Source: the human T2T-CHM13v2.0 reference genome, Homo sapiens
Length of the DNA stretch: 64,000 bases
Strand: one strand, 5' to 3'
Assembly: GCF_009914755.1 (NCBI RefSeq)
Contig: NC_060939.1
This document shows positions 27,601 to 40,300 of the stretch, in pieces. Position numbers and translations under genes: made by a program. The notes beneath the pieces were generated by a model. It searched no databases, was not told the DNA's origin, and saw nothing but the letters and a program-made list of their open reading frames with translations. Within the stretch, counting starts at the first letter, position 1. Every line of letters begins with the position of its first letter.

Positions 27601-28780
27601 AGTTCCATTCCATTCTGTTCCATTCCATTCCATTCCATTCGGTACCATTCCATAGTGTTCCATTCGATTCCATTCGAATCCATTCCATTCCAGTCCTTTC
27701 CATTCGATTCCATTCCATTCATTTCAATTCCATTCCATTCCATTCCATTCCATTCCATTCCACTTGATTCCTCTCCATTCCCTTCCACGGCATTCCGTTC
27801 GATTCCATTCCATTGCATTGCATTCCATTCCATTGGATTGCATTCCATTCGATTCCATTCCATTCGAATCAATTACATAGCAATCCATTACATTCGAGTC
27901 TATTCTCTTCCGTTCCATTCGATTTCGTTCCAATCCATTCGATTCCATTCCATTCGATTCCATTCCATACTATTGCATTCCATTCGATTAAATTATATTC
28001 GAATAAGTTCCATTCAAGACCATTTCTTTTGAGTCCATTCTATTTGAGTCCATTCCCTTTGATTCCATAACATTTGAGTCCATTCAATTCCATTCCTTTC
28101 GTTTCCATTCCATTTGATGCCATTCCATTCAATTCTGTTCTACTCGACTCCAATACATTCAATTCCATTCCATCCGATTCCATTACATTCTTTTCATTTC
28201 TTATCCATTTCAAGCCATTCCACTCCATTCCATTCCACTCGTTTCCTTTCCATTCGAGTCCATTCCTCTCCAGTCCATTCCGTTCAGTCCATTCCATTCC
28301 AGTCCATTCCATTCGAGTCCGTTCCATTCCAGTCCATTCCATTCGAGTCAATTCCATTCCATTCGATGTCTTTCCATAACGATCCATTCCATTCTATTCC
28401 TTTCGATTCCATTCCATTCTATTTCATTCCATTCGATTCCCTTCCATTGGACTCCTTTCCATTCGAGTGCATTCCATTCCGTTCCATTTCTTTCCGTTCT
28501 GTACGATTCCTACCGTTCGATTTCATTTTGTTCCAGTCCATTCCTTTCGCGTCCATTCCATTCCATTTCACTCCATTCGATTCCATTCCACTCGATTCCA
28601 CTTTGTTCCATTTCATTGCATTCCATTCTATTCAACTCTATTGCCTTCCATTCCATTCCATTCGATTACATTCCATGCGATTCCATTCGAAATCGAATCA
28701 ATTACATTGCAATCCATTACTATTGAGTCCGTTTTATTCCAGTCCACTGCATTCTGGTCCATTCCATTTGATTCCATTCC

Positions 28781-28805
28781 ATTCTATTCCAGTTCATATC
28801 AATCC
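28781..28805 (+). other. 155 bp deletion junction (1624 bp monomer)
   Basis: ATTCTATTCC is joined directly to AGTTCATATCAATCC. The segment equivalent to 11071-11225, including the TATAAA/GAGACC region, is absent. Monomer spacing 28114 to 29738 is 1624. Confidence 0.92.
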
Positions 28806-31348
28806 ATTCGATTCCATTCCATTCGAGCACATTCCATTCGAGTCCATTCCATTCGATGCCATTCCATTTGATTCTATTCCATTAGTCTCCATTCAATTCC
28901 ATTAATCTCCATTCCATTCCATTCTACTCCAACTGATTCCATTCCATTCTATTCCTTTCCATTCCATTTCATTCCATTCCATTCCATTTCATTCCATTCC
29001 ATTCCATTCGTGTCCATTCCACTCCAGTCCATTCCATTCGTGTCCATTCCATTCCAGTCCATTCCATTTGTGTCCACTGCATTCCATTCCACTCCATTCC
29101 ATATTATTCCATTACACTCCATTCCATTCTATTACTTTCATTTCCATTCAATTTCAATCCATTTGATTCCATTCCACTCGGTTTCGTTCCATTTGAGTCC
29201 ACTCCATTCCATTCCATTCCATTCCATTCAGTTCCATTCCATTCTGTTCCATTCCATTCCATTCCATTCGGTACCATTCCATAGTGTTCCATTCGATTTC
29301 ATTCGAATCCATTCCATTCCAGTCCTTTCCATTCGATTCCATTCCATTCATTTCAATTCCATTCCATTCCATTCCATTACATTCCACTTGATTCCTCTCC
29401 ATTCCCTTCCACTGCATTCCGTTCGATTCCATTCCATTGCATTGCATTCCATTCCATTGGATTGCATTCCATTCGATTCCATTCCATTCGAATCAATTAC
29501 ATAGCAATCCATTACATTCGAGTCTATTCCCTTCCGTTCCATTCGATTTCGTTCCAATCCATTCGATTCCATTCCATTCGATTCCATTCCATACTATTGC
29601 ATTCCATTCGATTACATTATATTCGAATAAGTTCCATTCAAGACCATTTCTTTTGAGTCCATTCTATTTGAGTCCATTCCCTTTGATTCCATAACATTTG
29701 AGTCCATTCAATTCCATTCCTTTCGTTTCCATTCCATTTGATGCCATTCCATTCAATTCTGTTCTACTCGACTCCAATACATTCAATTCCATTCCATCCG
29801 ATTCCATTACATTCTTTTCATTTCTTATCCATTTCAAGCCATTCCACTCCATTCCATTCCACTCGTTTCCTTTCCATTCGAGTCCATTCCTCTCCCGTGC
29901 ATTCCGTTCAATCCATTCCATTCCAGTCCATTCCATTCGAGTCCGTTCCATTCCAGTCCATTCCATTCGAGTCAATTCCATTCCATTCGATGTCTTTCCA
30001 TAACGATCCATTCCATTCTATTCCTTTCGATTCCATTCCATTCTATTTCATTCCATTCGATTCCCTTCCATTGGACTCCTTTCCATTCGAGTGCATTCCA
30101 TTCCGTTCCATTTCTTTCCGTTCTGTACGATTCCTACCGTTCGATTTCATTTTGTTCCAGTCCATTCCTTTCGCGTCCATTCCATTCCATTTCACTCCAT
30201 TCGATTCCATTCCACTCGATTCCACTTCGTTCCATTTCATTGCATTCCATTCTATTCAACTCTATTGCCTTCCATTCCATTCCATTCGATTACATTCCAT
30301 GCGATTCCATTCGAAATCGAATCAATTACATTGCAATCCATTACTATTGAGTCCGTTTTATTCCAGTCCACTGCATTCTGGTCCATTCCATTTGATTCCA
30401 TTCCATTCTATTCCATTCCATACAGTTGCATTCCATTGGATTCCATTCTATATCTATAAATTCAATTCGAGACCATTGCTTTTGAGTCCATTCTATATGA
30501 TTCCATTCCATTCAAGTCCATTACATTTGGTTCAATTCCATTCCATTCCATTCCCTTCCATTCCATTCCAGTTGATATCAATCCATTCGATTCCATTCCA
30601 TTCGAGCACATTCCATTCGAGTCCATTCCATTCGATGCCATTCCATTTGATTCTATTCCATTAGTCTCCATTCAATTCCATTAATCCCCATTCCATTCCA
30701 TTCTACTCCAACTGATTCCATTCCATTCTATTCCTTTCCATTCCATTTCATTCCATTCCATTCCATTTCATTCCATTCCATTCCATTCGTGTCCATTCCA
30801 CTCCAGTCCATTCCATTCGTGTCCATTCCATTCCAGTCCATTCCATTTGTGTCCACTGCATTCCATTCCACTCCATTCCATATTATTCCATTACACTCCA
30901 TTCCATTCTATTACTTTCATTTCCATTCAATTCCATTCCATTTGATTCCATTCCACTCGGTTTCATTCCATTTGAGTCCACTCCATTCCATTCCATTCCA
31001 TTCCATTCAGTTCCATTCCATTCTGTTCCATTCCATTCCGTTCCATTACATTCCATTCCATTCGGTACCATTCCATATTGTTCCATTCGATTCCATTCGA
31101 ATCCATTCCATTCCAGTCCATTCCATTCGATTCCATTCCATTCATTTCAATTCCATTCCATTCCATTCCATTCCATTCCACTTGATTCCTCTCCATTCCC
31201 TTCCACTGCATTCCGTTCGATTCCATTCCATTGCATTGCATTCCATTCCATTGGATTGCATTCCATTCGATTCCATTCCATTCGAATCAATTACATAGCA
31301 ATCCATTACATTCGAGTCTATTCTATTCCGTTCCATTCGATTTCGTTC

Positions 31349-31380
31349 CAATCCATTCGATTCCATTCCAATCGAGCACA
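31349..31380 (+). other. Rearrangement junction (~1.0 kb deletion or unequal exchange) giving a partial monomer
   Basis: TTTCGTTCCAATCCATTCGATTCCATTCCA continues into ATCGAGCACA instead of ...CCATACTATTG. GAGCACA recurs after only 770 bp (blocks at 30601 and 31371), the KpnI sites are 785 bp apart (31064, 31849), and ORF spacing is 2574. Confidence 0.92.
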
Positions 31381-34300
31381 TTCCATTCGAGTCCATTCCA
31401 TTCGATGCCATTCCATTTGATTCTATTCCATTAGTCTCCATTCAATTCCATTAATCTCCATTCCATTCCATTCTATTCCAACTGATTCCATTCCATTCTA
31501 TTCCTTTCCATTCCATTTCATTCCATTCCATTCCATTTCATTCCATTCCATTCCATTCGCTTCCATTCCATTCGTGTCGATTCCACTCCAGTCCATTCCA
31601 TTCGTGTCCATTCCATTCCAGTCCATTCCATTTGTGTCCACTGCATTCCATTCCACTCCATTCCATATTATACCATTACACTCCCTTCCATTCCATTACT
31701 TTCATTTCCATTCAATTCCATTCCATTTGATTCCATTCCACTCGGTTTCATTCCATTTGAGTCCACTCCATTCCATTCCATTCCATTCCATTCAGTTCCA
31801 TTCCATTCTGTTCCATTCCATTCCGTTCCATTGCATTCCATTCCATTCGGTACCATTCCATATTGTTCCATTTGATTCCATTCGAATCCATTCCATTCCA
31901 GTCCATTCCATTCGATTCCATTCCATTCCTTTCAATTCCATTCCATTCCATTCCATTCCACTTGATTCCACTCCATTCCCTTCCACTGCATTCCATTCGA
32001 TTCCATTCCATTGCATTGCATTCCATTCCATTGGACTGCATTCCATTCGATTCCATTCCATTCGAATCAATTACATAGCAATCCATTACATTCGAGTCTA
32101 TTCTATTCCGATCCATTCGATTTCGTTCCAATCCATTCGATTCCATTCCATTCGATTCCATTCCATACTATTGCATTCCATTCTATTACATTATATTCGA
32201 ATAAGTTCCATTCAAGACCATTTCTTTTGAGTCCATTCTATTTGAGTCCATTCCCTTTGATTCCATAACATTTGAGTCCATTCAATTCCATTCCTTTCGT
32301 TTCCATTCCATTTGATGCCATTCCATTCAATTCTGTTCTACTCGACTCCAATACATTCAATTCCATTCCATCCGATTCCATTACATTCTTTTCATTTCTT
32401 ATCCATTTCAAGCCATTCCACTCCATTCCATTCCACTCGTTTCATTTCCATTCGAGTCCATTCCTCTCCAGTCCATTCCGTTCAATCCATTCCATTCCAG
32501 TCCATTCCATTCCAGTCCGTTGCATTCCAGTCCATTCCACTCGAGTCAATTCCATCCCATTCGATGTCTTTCCATAACGATCCTTTCCATTCTATTCCTT
32601 TCGATTCCATTCCATTCGATTTCATTCCATTCGATTCCCTTCCATTGGACTCCTTTCCATTCGAGTGCATTCCATTCCGTTCCATTTCTTTCAGTTCTGT
32701 ACGATTCCTACAGTTCGATTTCATTTTGTTCCAGTCCATTCCTTTCGCGTCCATTCCATTCCATTTCACTCCATTCGATTCCATTCCACTCGATTCCACT
32801 TTGTTCCATTTCATTGCATTCCATTCTATTCAACTCTATTGCCTTCCATTCCATTCCATTCGATTACATTCCATGCGATTCCATTCGAAATCGAATCAAT
32901 TACATTGCAATCCATTACTATTGAGTCCGTTTTATTCCAGTCCACTGCATTCTGGTCCATTCCATTTGATTCCATTCTATTCTATTCCATTCCATACAGT
33001 TGCATTCCATTGGATTCCATGCTATATCTATAAATTCAATTCGAGACCATTACTTTTGAGTCCATTCTATATGATTCCATTCCATTCAAGTCCATTACAT
33101 TTGGTTCAATTCCATTCCATTCCATTCCCTTCCATTCCATTCCAGTTGATATCAATCCTTTCGATTCCATTCCATCCGAGCACATTCCATTCGAGTCCAT
33201 TCCATTCGATGCCATTCCATTTGATTCTATTCCATTAGTCTCCATTCAATTCCATTAATCTCCATTCCATTCCATTCTACTCCAACTGATTCCATTCCAT
33301 TCTATTCCTTTCCATTCCATTTCATTCCATTCCATTCCATTTCATTCCATTCCATTCCATTCGTGTCCATTCCACTCCAGTCCATTCCATTCGTGTCCAT
33401 TCCATTCCAGTCCATTCCATTTGTGTCCACTGCATTCCATTCCACTCCATTCCATATTATTCCATTACACTCCATTCCATTCTATTACTTTCATTTCCAT
33501 TCAATTCCATTCCATTTGATTCCATTCCACTCGGTTTCATTCCATTTGAGTCCACTCCATTCCATTCCATTCCATTCCATTCAGTTCCATTCCATTCTGT
33601 TCCATTCCATTCCGTTCCATTACATTCCATTCCATTCGGTACCATTCCATATTGTTCCATTCGATTCCATTCGAATCCATTCCATTCCAGTCCATTCCAT
33701 TCGATTCCATTCCATTCATTTCAATTCCATTCCATTCCATTCCATTACATTCCACTTGATTCCTCTCCATTCCCTTCCACTGCATTCCGTTCGATTCCAT
33801 TCCATTGCATTGCATTCCATTCCATTGGATTGCATTCCATTCGATTCCATTCCATTCGAATCAATTACATAGCAATCCATTACATTCGAGTCTATTCTAT
33901 TCCGTTCCATTCGATTTCGTTCCAATCCATTCGATTCCATTCCATTCGATTCCATTCCATACAATTGCATTCCATTCTATTACATTATATTCGAATAAGT
34001 TCCATTCAAGACCATTTCTTTTGAGTCCATTCTATTTGAGTCCATTCCCTTTGATTCCATAACATTTGAGTCCATTCAATTCCATTCCTTTCGTTTCCAT
34101 TCCATTTGATGCCATTCCATTCAATTCTGTTCTACTCGACTCCAATACATTCAATTCCATTCCATTTGATTCCATTACATTCTTTTCATTTCTTATCCAT
34201 TTCAAGCCATTCCACTCCATTCCATTCCACTCGTTTCCTTTCCAGTCGAGTCCATTCCTCTCCAGTCCATTCCGTTCAATCCATTCCATTCCAGTCCATT

Positions 34301-37300
34301 CCATTCGAGTCCATTCCATTCCAGTCCATTCCATTCGAGTCAATTCCATCCCATTCGATGTCTTCCCATAACGATCCATTCCATTCTATTTTCCTTTCGA
34401 TTCCATTCCATTCTATTTCATTCCATTCGATTCCCTTCCATTGGACTCCTTTCCATTCGAGTGCATTCCATTCCGTTCCATTTCTTTCCGTTCTGTACGA
34501 TTCCTACCGTTCGATTTCATTTTGTTCCAGTCCATTCCTTTCGCGTCCATTCCATTCCATTTCACTCCATTCGATTCCATTCCACTCGATTCCACTTCGT
34601 TCCATTTCATTGCATTCCATTCTATTCAACTCTATTGCCTTCCATTCCATTCCATTCGATTACATTCCATGCGATTCCATTCGAAATCGAATCAATTACA
34701 ATGCAATCCATTACTATTGAGTCCATTTTATTCCAGTCCACTGCATTCTGGTCCATTCCATTTGATTCCATTCCATTCTATTCCATTCCATACAGTTGCA
34801 TTCCATTGGATTCCATTCTATATCTATAAATTGAATTCGAGACCATTGCTTTTGAGTCCATTCTATATGATTCCATTCCATTCAAGTCCATTACATTTGG
34901 TTCAATTCCATTCCATTCCATTCCCTTCCATTCCATTCCAGTTGATATCAATCCATTCGATTCCATTCCATTCGAGCACATTCCATTCGAGTCCATTCCA
35001 TTCGATGCCATTCCATTTGATTCTATTCCATTAGTCTCCATTCAATTCCATTAATCTCCATTCCATTCCATTCTACTCCAACTGATTCCATTCCATTCTA
35101 TTCCTTTCCATTCCATTTCATTCCATTCCATTCCATTTCATTCCATTCCATTCCATTCGCTTCCATTCCATTCGTGTCCATTCCACTCCAGTCCATTCCA
35201 TTCGTGTCCATTCCATTCCAGTCCATTCCATTTGTGTCCACTGCATTCCATTCCACTCCATTCCATATTATTCCATTACACTCCATTCCATTCTATTACT
35301 TTCATTTCCATTCAATTCCATTCCATTTGATTCCATTCCACTCGGTTTCATTCCATTTGAGTCACTCCATTCCATTCCATTCCATTCCATTCAGTTCCAT
35401 TCCATTCTGTTCCATTCCATTCCGTTCCATTGCATTCCATTCCATTCGGTACCATTCCATATTGTTCCATTCGATTCCATTCGAATCCATTCCATTCCAG
35501 TCCTTTCCATTCCATTCCATTCCATTCCTTTCAATTTCATTCCATTCCATTCCATTCCACTTGATTCCACTCCATTCCCTTCCACTGCATTCCATTCGAT
35601 TCCATTCCATTGCATTGCATTCCATTCCATTGGACTGCATTCCATTTGATTCCATTCCATTCGAATCAATTACATAGCAATCCATTACATTCGAGTCTAT
35701 TCTATTCCGTTCCATTCGATTTCATTCCAATCCATTCGATTCCATTCCATTCGATTCCATTCCATACTATTGCATTCCATTCTATTACATTATATTCGAA
35801 TAAGTAACATTCAAGACCATTTCTTTTGAGTCCATTCTATTTGAGTCCATTCCCTTTGATTCCATAACATTTGAGTCCATTCAATTCCATTCCTTTCGTT
35901 TCCATTCCATTTGATGCCATTCCATTCAATTCTGTTCTACTCAACTCCAATACATTCAATTCCATTCCATCCGATTCCATTACATTCTTTTCATTTCTTA
36001 TCCATTTCAAGCCATTCCACTCCATTCCATTCCACTCGTTTCCTTTCCATTCGAGTCCATTCCTCTCCAGTCCATTCCGTTCAATCCATTCCATTCCAGT
36101 CCATTCCATTCGAGTCCGTTCCATTCCAGTCCATTCCATTCGAGTCAATTCCATTCCATTCGATGTCTTTCCATAACGATCCATTCCATTCTATTCCTTT
36201 CGATTCCATTCCATTCTATTTCATTCCATTCGATTCCCTTCCATTGGACTCCTTTCCATTCGAGTGCATTCCATTCCGTTCCATTTCTTCCCGTTCTGTA
36301 CGATTCCTACCGTTCGATTTCATTTTGTTCCAGTCCATTCCTTTCGCTTCCATTCCATTCCGTTTCACTCCATTCGATTCCATTCCACTCGATTCCACTT
36401 CGTTCCATTTCATTGCATTCCATTCTATTCAACTCTATTGCCTTCCATTCCATTCCATTCGATTACATTCCATGCGATTCCATTCGAAATCGAATCAATT
36501 ACATTGCAATCCATTACTATTGAGTCCGTTTTATTCCAGTCCACTGCATTCTGGTCCATTCCATTTGATTCCATTCCATTCTATTCCATTCCATACAGTT
36601 GCATTCCATTGGATTCCATTCTATATCTATAAATTCAATTCGAGACCATTGCTTTTGAGTCCATTCTATATGATTCCATTCCATTCAAGTCCATTACATT
36701 TGGTTCAATTCCATTCCATTATATTCCCTTCCATTCCATTCCAGTTGATATCAATCCATTCGATTCAATTCCATTCGAGCACATTCCATTCGAGTCCATT
36801 CCATTCGATGCCATTCCATTTGAATCTATTCCATTAGTCTCCATTCAATTCCATTAATCTCCATTCCATTCCATTCTACTCCTACTGATTCCACTCCATT
36901 CTATTCCTTTCCATTCCATTTCATTCCATTCCATTCCATTTCATTCCATTCCATGCCATTCGTGTCCATTCCACTCCAGTCCATTCCATTCGTGTCCATT
37001 CCATTCCAGTCCATTCCATTTGTGTCCACTGCATTCCATTCCACTCCATTCCATATTATTTCATTACACTCCATTCCATTCTATTACTTTCATTTCCATT
37101 CAATTCCATTCCATTTGATTCCATTCCACTCGGTTTCATTCCATTTGAGTCCACTCCATTCCATTCCATTCCATTCCATTCAGTTCCATTCCATTCTGTT
37201 CCATTCCATTCCGTTCCATTACATTCCATTCCATTCGGTACCATTCCATATTGTTCCATTCGATTCCATTCGAATCCATTCCATTCCAGTCCATTCCATT

Positions 37301-40300
37301 CGATTCCATTCCATTCATTTCAATTCCATTCCATTGCATTCCATTACATTCCACTTGATTCCTCTCCATTCCCTTCCACTGCATTCCGTTCGATTCCATT
37401 CCATTGCATTGCATTCCATTCCATTGGATTGCATTCCATTCGATTCCATTCCATTCGAATCAATTACATAGCAATCCATTACATTCGAGTCTATTCTATT
37501 CCGATCCATTCGATTTCGTTCCAATCCATTCGATTCCATTCCATTCGATTCCATTCCATACTATTGCATTCCATTCGATTACATTATATTCGAATAAGTT
37601 CCATTCAAGACCATTTCTTTTGAGTCCATTCTTTTTGAGTCCATTCCCTTTGATTCCATAACATTTGAGTCCATTCAATTCCATTCCTTTCGTTTCCATT
37701 CCATTTGATGCCATTCCATTCAATTCTGTTCTACTCGACTCCAATACATTCAATTCCATTCCATCCGATTCCATTACATTCTTTTCATTTCTTATCCATT
37801 TCAAGCCATTCCACTCCATTCCATTCCACTCGTTTCCTTTCCATTCGAGTCCATTCCTCTCCAGTCCATTCCGTTCAATCCATTCCATTCCAGTCCATTC
37901 CATTCGAGTCCGTTCCATTCCAGTCCAATCCATTCGAGTCAATTCCATCCCATTCAATGTCTTTCCATAACGATCCATTCCATTCTATTCCTTTCGATTC
38001 CATTCCATTCTATTTCATTCCATTCGATTCCCTTCCATTGGACTCCTTTCCATTCGAGTGCATTCCATTCCGTTCCATTTCTTTCCGTTCTGTACGATTC
38101 CTACCGTTCGATTTGATTTTGTTCCAGTCCATTCCTTTCGCGTCCATTCCATTCCATTTCACTCCATTCGATTCCATTCCACTCGATTCCACTTCGTTCC
38201 ATTTCATTGCATTCCATTCTATTCAACTCTATTGCCTTCCATTCCATTCCATTCGATTACATTCCATGTGATTCCATTCGAAATCGAATCAATTACATTG
38301 CAATCTATTACTATTGAGTCCGTTTTATTCCAGTCCACTGCATTCTGGTCCATTCCATTTGATTCCATTCCATTCTATTCCATTCCATACAGTTGCATTC
38401 CATTGGATTCCATTCTATATCTATAAATTCAATTCGAGACCATTGCTTTTGAATCCATTCTATATGATTCCATTCCATTCAAGTCCATTACATTTGGTTC
38501 AATTACATTCCATTCCATTCCCTTCCATTCCATTCCAGTTGATATCAATACATTCGATTCCATTCCATTCGAGCACATTCCATTCGAGTCCATTCCATTC
38601 GATGCCATTCCATTTGATTCTATTCCATTAGTCTCCATTCAATTCCATTAATCTCCATTCCATTCCATTCTACTCCAACTGATTCCATTCCATTCTATTC
38701 CTTTCCATTCCATTTCATTCCATTCCATTCCATTCCATTCCATTCCATTCGCTTCCATTCCATTCGTGTCCATTCCACTCCAGTCCATTCCATTCGTGTC
38801 CATTCCATTCCAGTCCATTCCATTTGTGTCCACTGCATTCCATTCCACTCCATTCCATATTATTCCATTACACTCCATTCCATTCTATTACTTTCATTTC
38901 CATTCAATTCCGTTCCATTTGATTCCATTCCACTCGGTTTCATTCCATTTGAGTCCACTCCATTCCATTCCATTCCATTCCATTCAGTTCCATTCCATTC
39001 TATTCCATTCCATTCCGTTCCATTGCATTCCATTCCATTCGGTACCATTCCATATTGTTCCATTCGATTCCATTCGAATCCATTCCATTCCAGTCCATTC
39101 CATTCGATTCCATTCCATTCCTTTCAATTCCATTCCATTCCATTCCATTCCACTTGATTCCACTCCATTCCCTTCCACTGCATTCCATTCGATTCCATTC
39201 CATTGCATTGCATTCCATTCCATTGGACTGCATTCCATTCGATTCCATTCCATTCGAATCAATTACATAGCAATCCATTACATTTGGGTCTATTCTATTC
39301 CGTTCCATTCGATTTCATTCCAATCCATTCGATTCCATTCCATACTATTGCATTCCATTCTATTACATTATATTCGAATAAGTTCCATTCAAGACCATTT
39401 CTTTTGAGTCCATTCTATTTGAGTCCATTCTATTTGAATCCATTCCCTTTGATTCCATAACGTTTGAGTCCATTCAATTCCATTCCTTTCGTTTCCATTC
39501 CATTTGATGTCATTCCATTCAATTCTGTTCTACTCGACTCCAATACATTCAATTCCATTCCATCCGATTCCATTACATTCTTTTCATTTCTTATCCATTT
39601 CAAGCCATTCCACTCCATTCCATTCCACTCGTTTCCTTTCCATTCGAGTCCATTCCTCTCCAGTCCATTCCGTTCAATCCATTCCATTCCAGTCCATTCC
39701 ATTCGAGTCCGTTCCATTCCAGTCCATTCCATTCGAGTCAATTCCATTCCATTCGATGTCTTTCCATAACGATCCATTCCATTCTATTCCTTTCGATTCC
39801 ATTCCATTCTATTTCATTCCATTCGATTCCCTTCCATTGGAATCCTTTCCATTCGAGTGCATTCCATTCCGTTCCATTTCTTTCCGTTCTGTACGATTCC
39901 TACCGTTCGATTTCATTTTGTTCCAGTCCATTCCTTTCGCGTCCATTCCATTCCATTTCACTCCATTCGATTCCATTCCACTCGATTCCACTTCGTTCCA
40001 TTTCATTGCATTCCATTCTATTCAACTCTATTGCCTTCCATTCCATTCCATTCGATTACATTCCATGCGATTCCATTCGAAATCGAATCAATTACATTGC
40101 AATCCATTACTATTGAGTCCGTTTTATTCCAGTCCACTGCATTCTGGTCCATTCCATTTGATTCCATTCCATTCTATTCCATTCCATACAGTTGCATTCC
40201 ATTGGATTCCATGCTATATCTATAAATTCAATTCGAGACCATTGCTTTTGAGTCCATTCTATATGATTCCATTCCATTCAAGTCCATTACATTTGGTTCA

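Larger units (their letters stand above)
22090..31370 (+). repeat. Local higher-order repeat: 3-monomer unit (~5.3 kb), two copies, the second deleted and truncated
   Basis: TTAAATTAT at 22691 and 27988 (+5297). TCCCTTCCG at ~24381 and ~29528, and TAATCCCC at 25540 and 30687 (both +5147, i.e. after the 155 bp deletion and a 5 bp indel). Confidence 0.8.
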
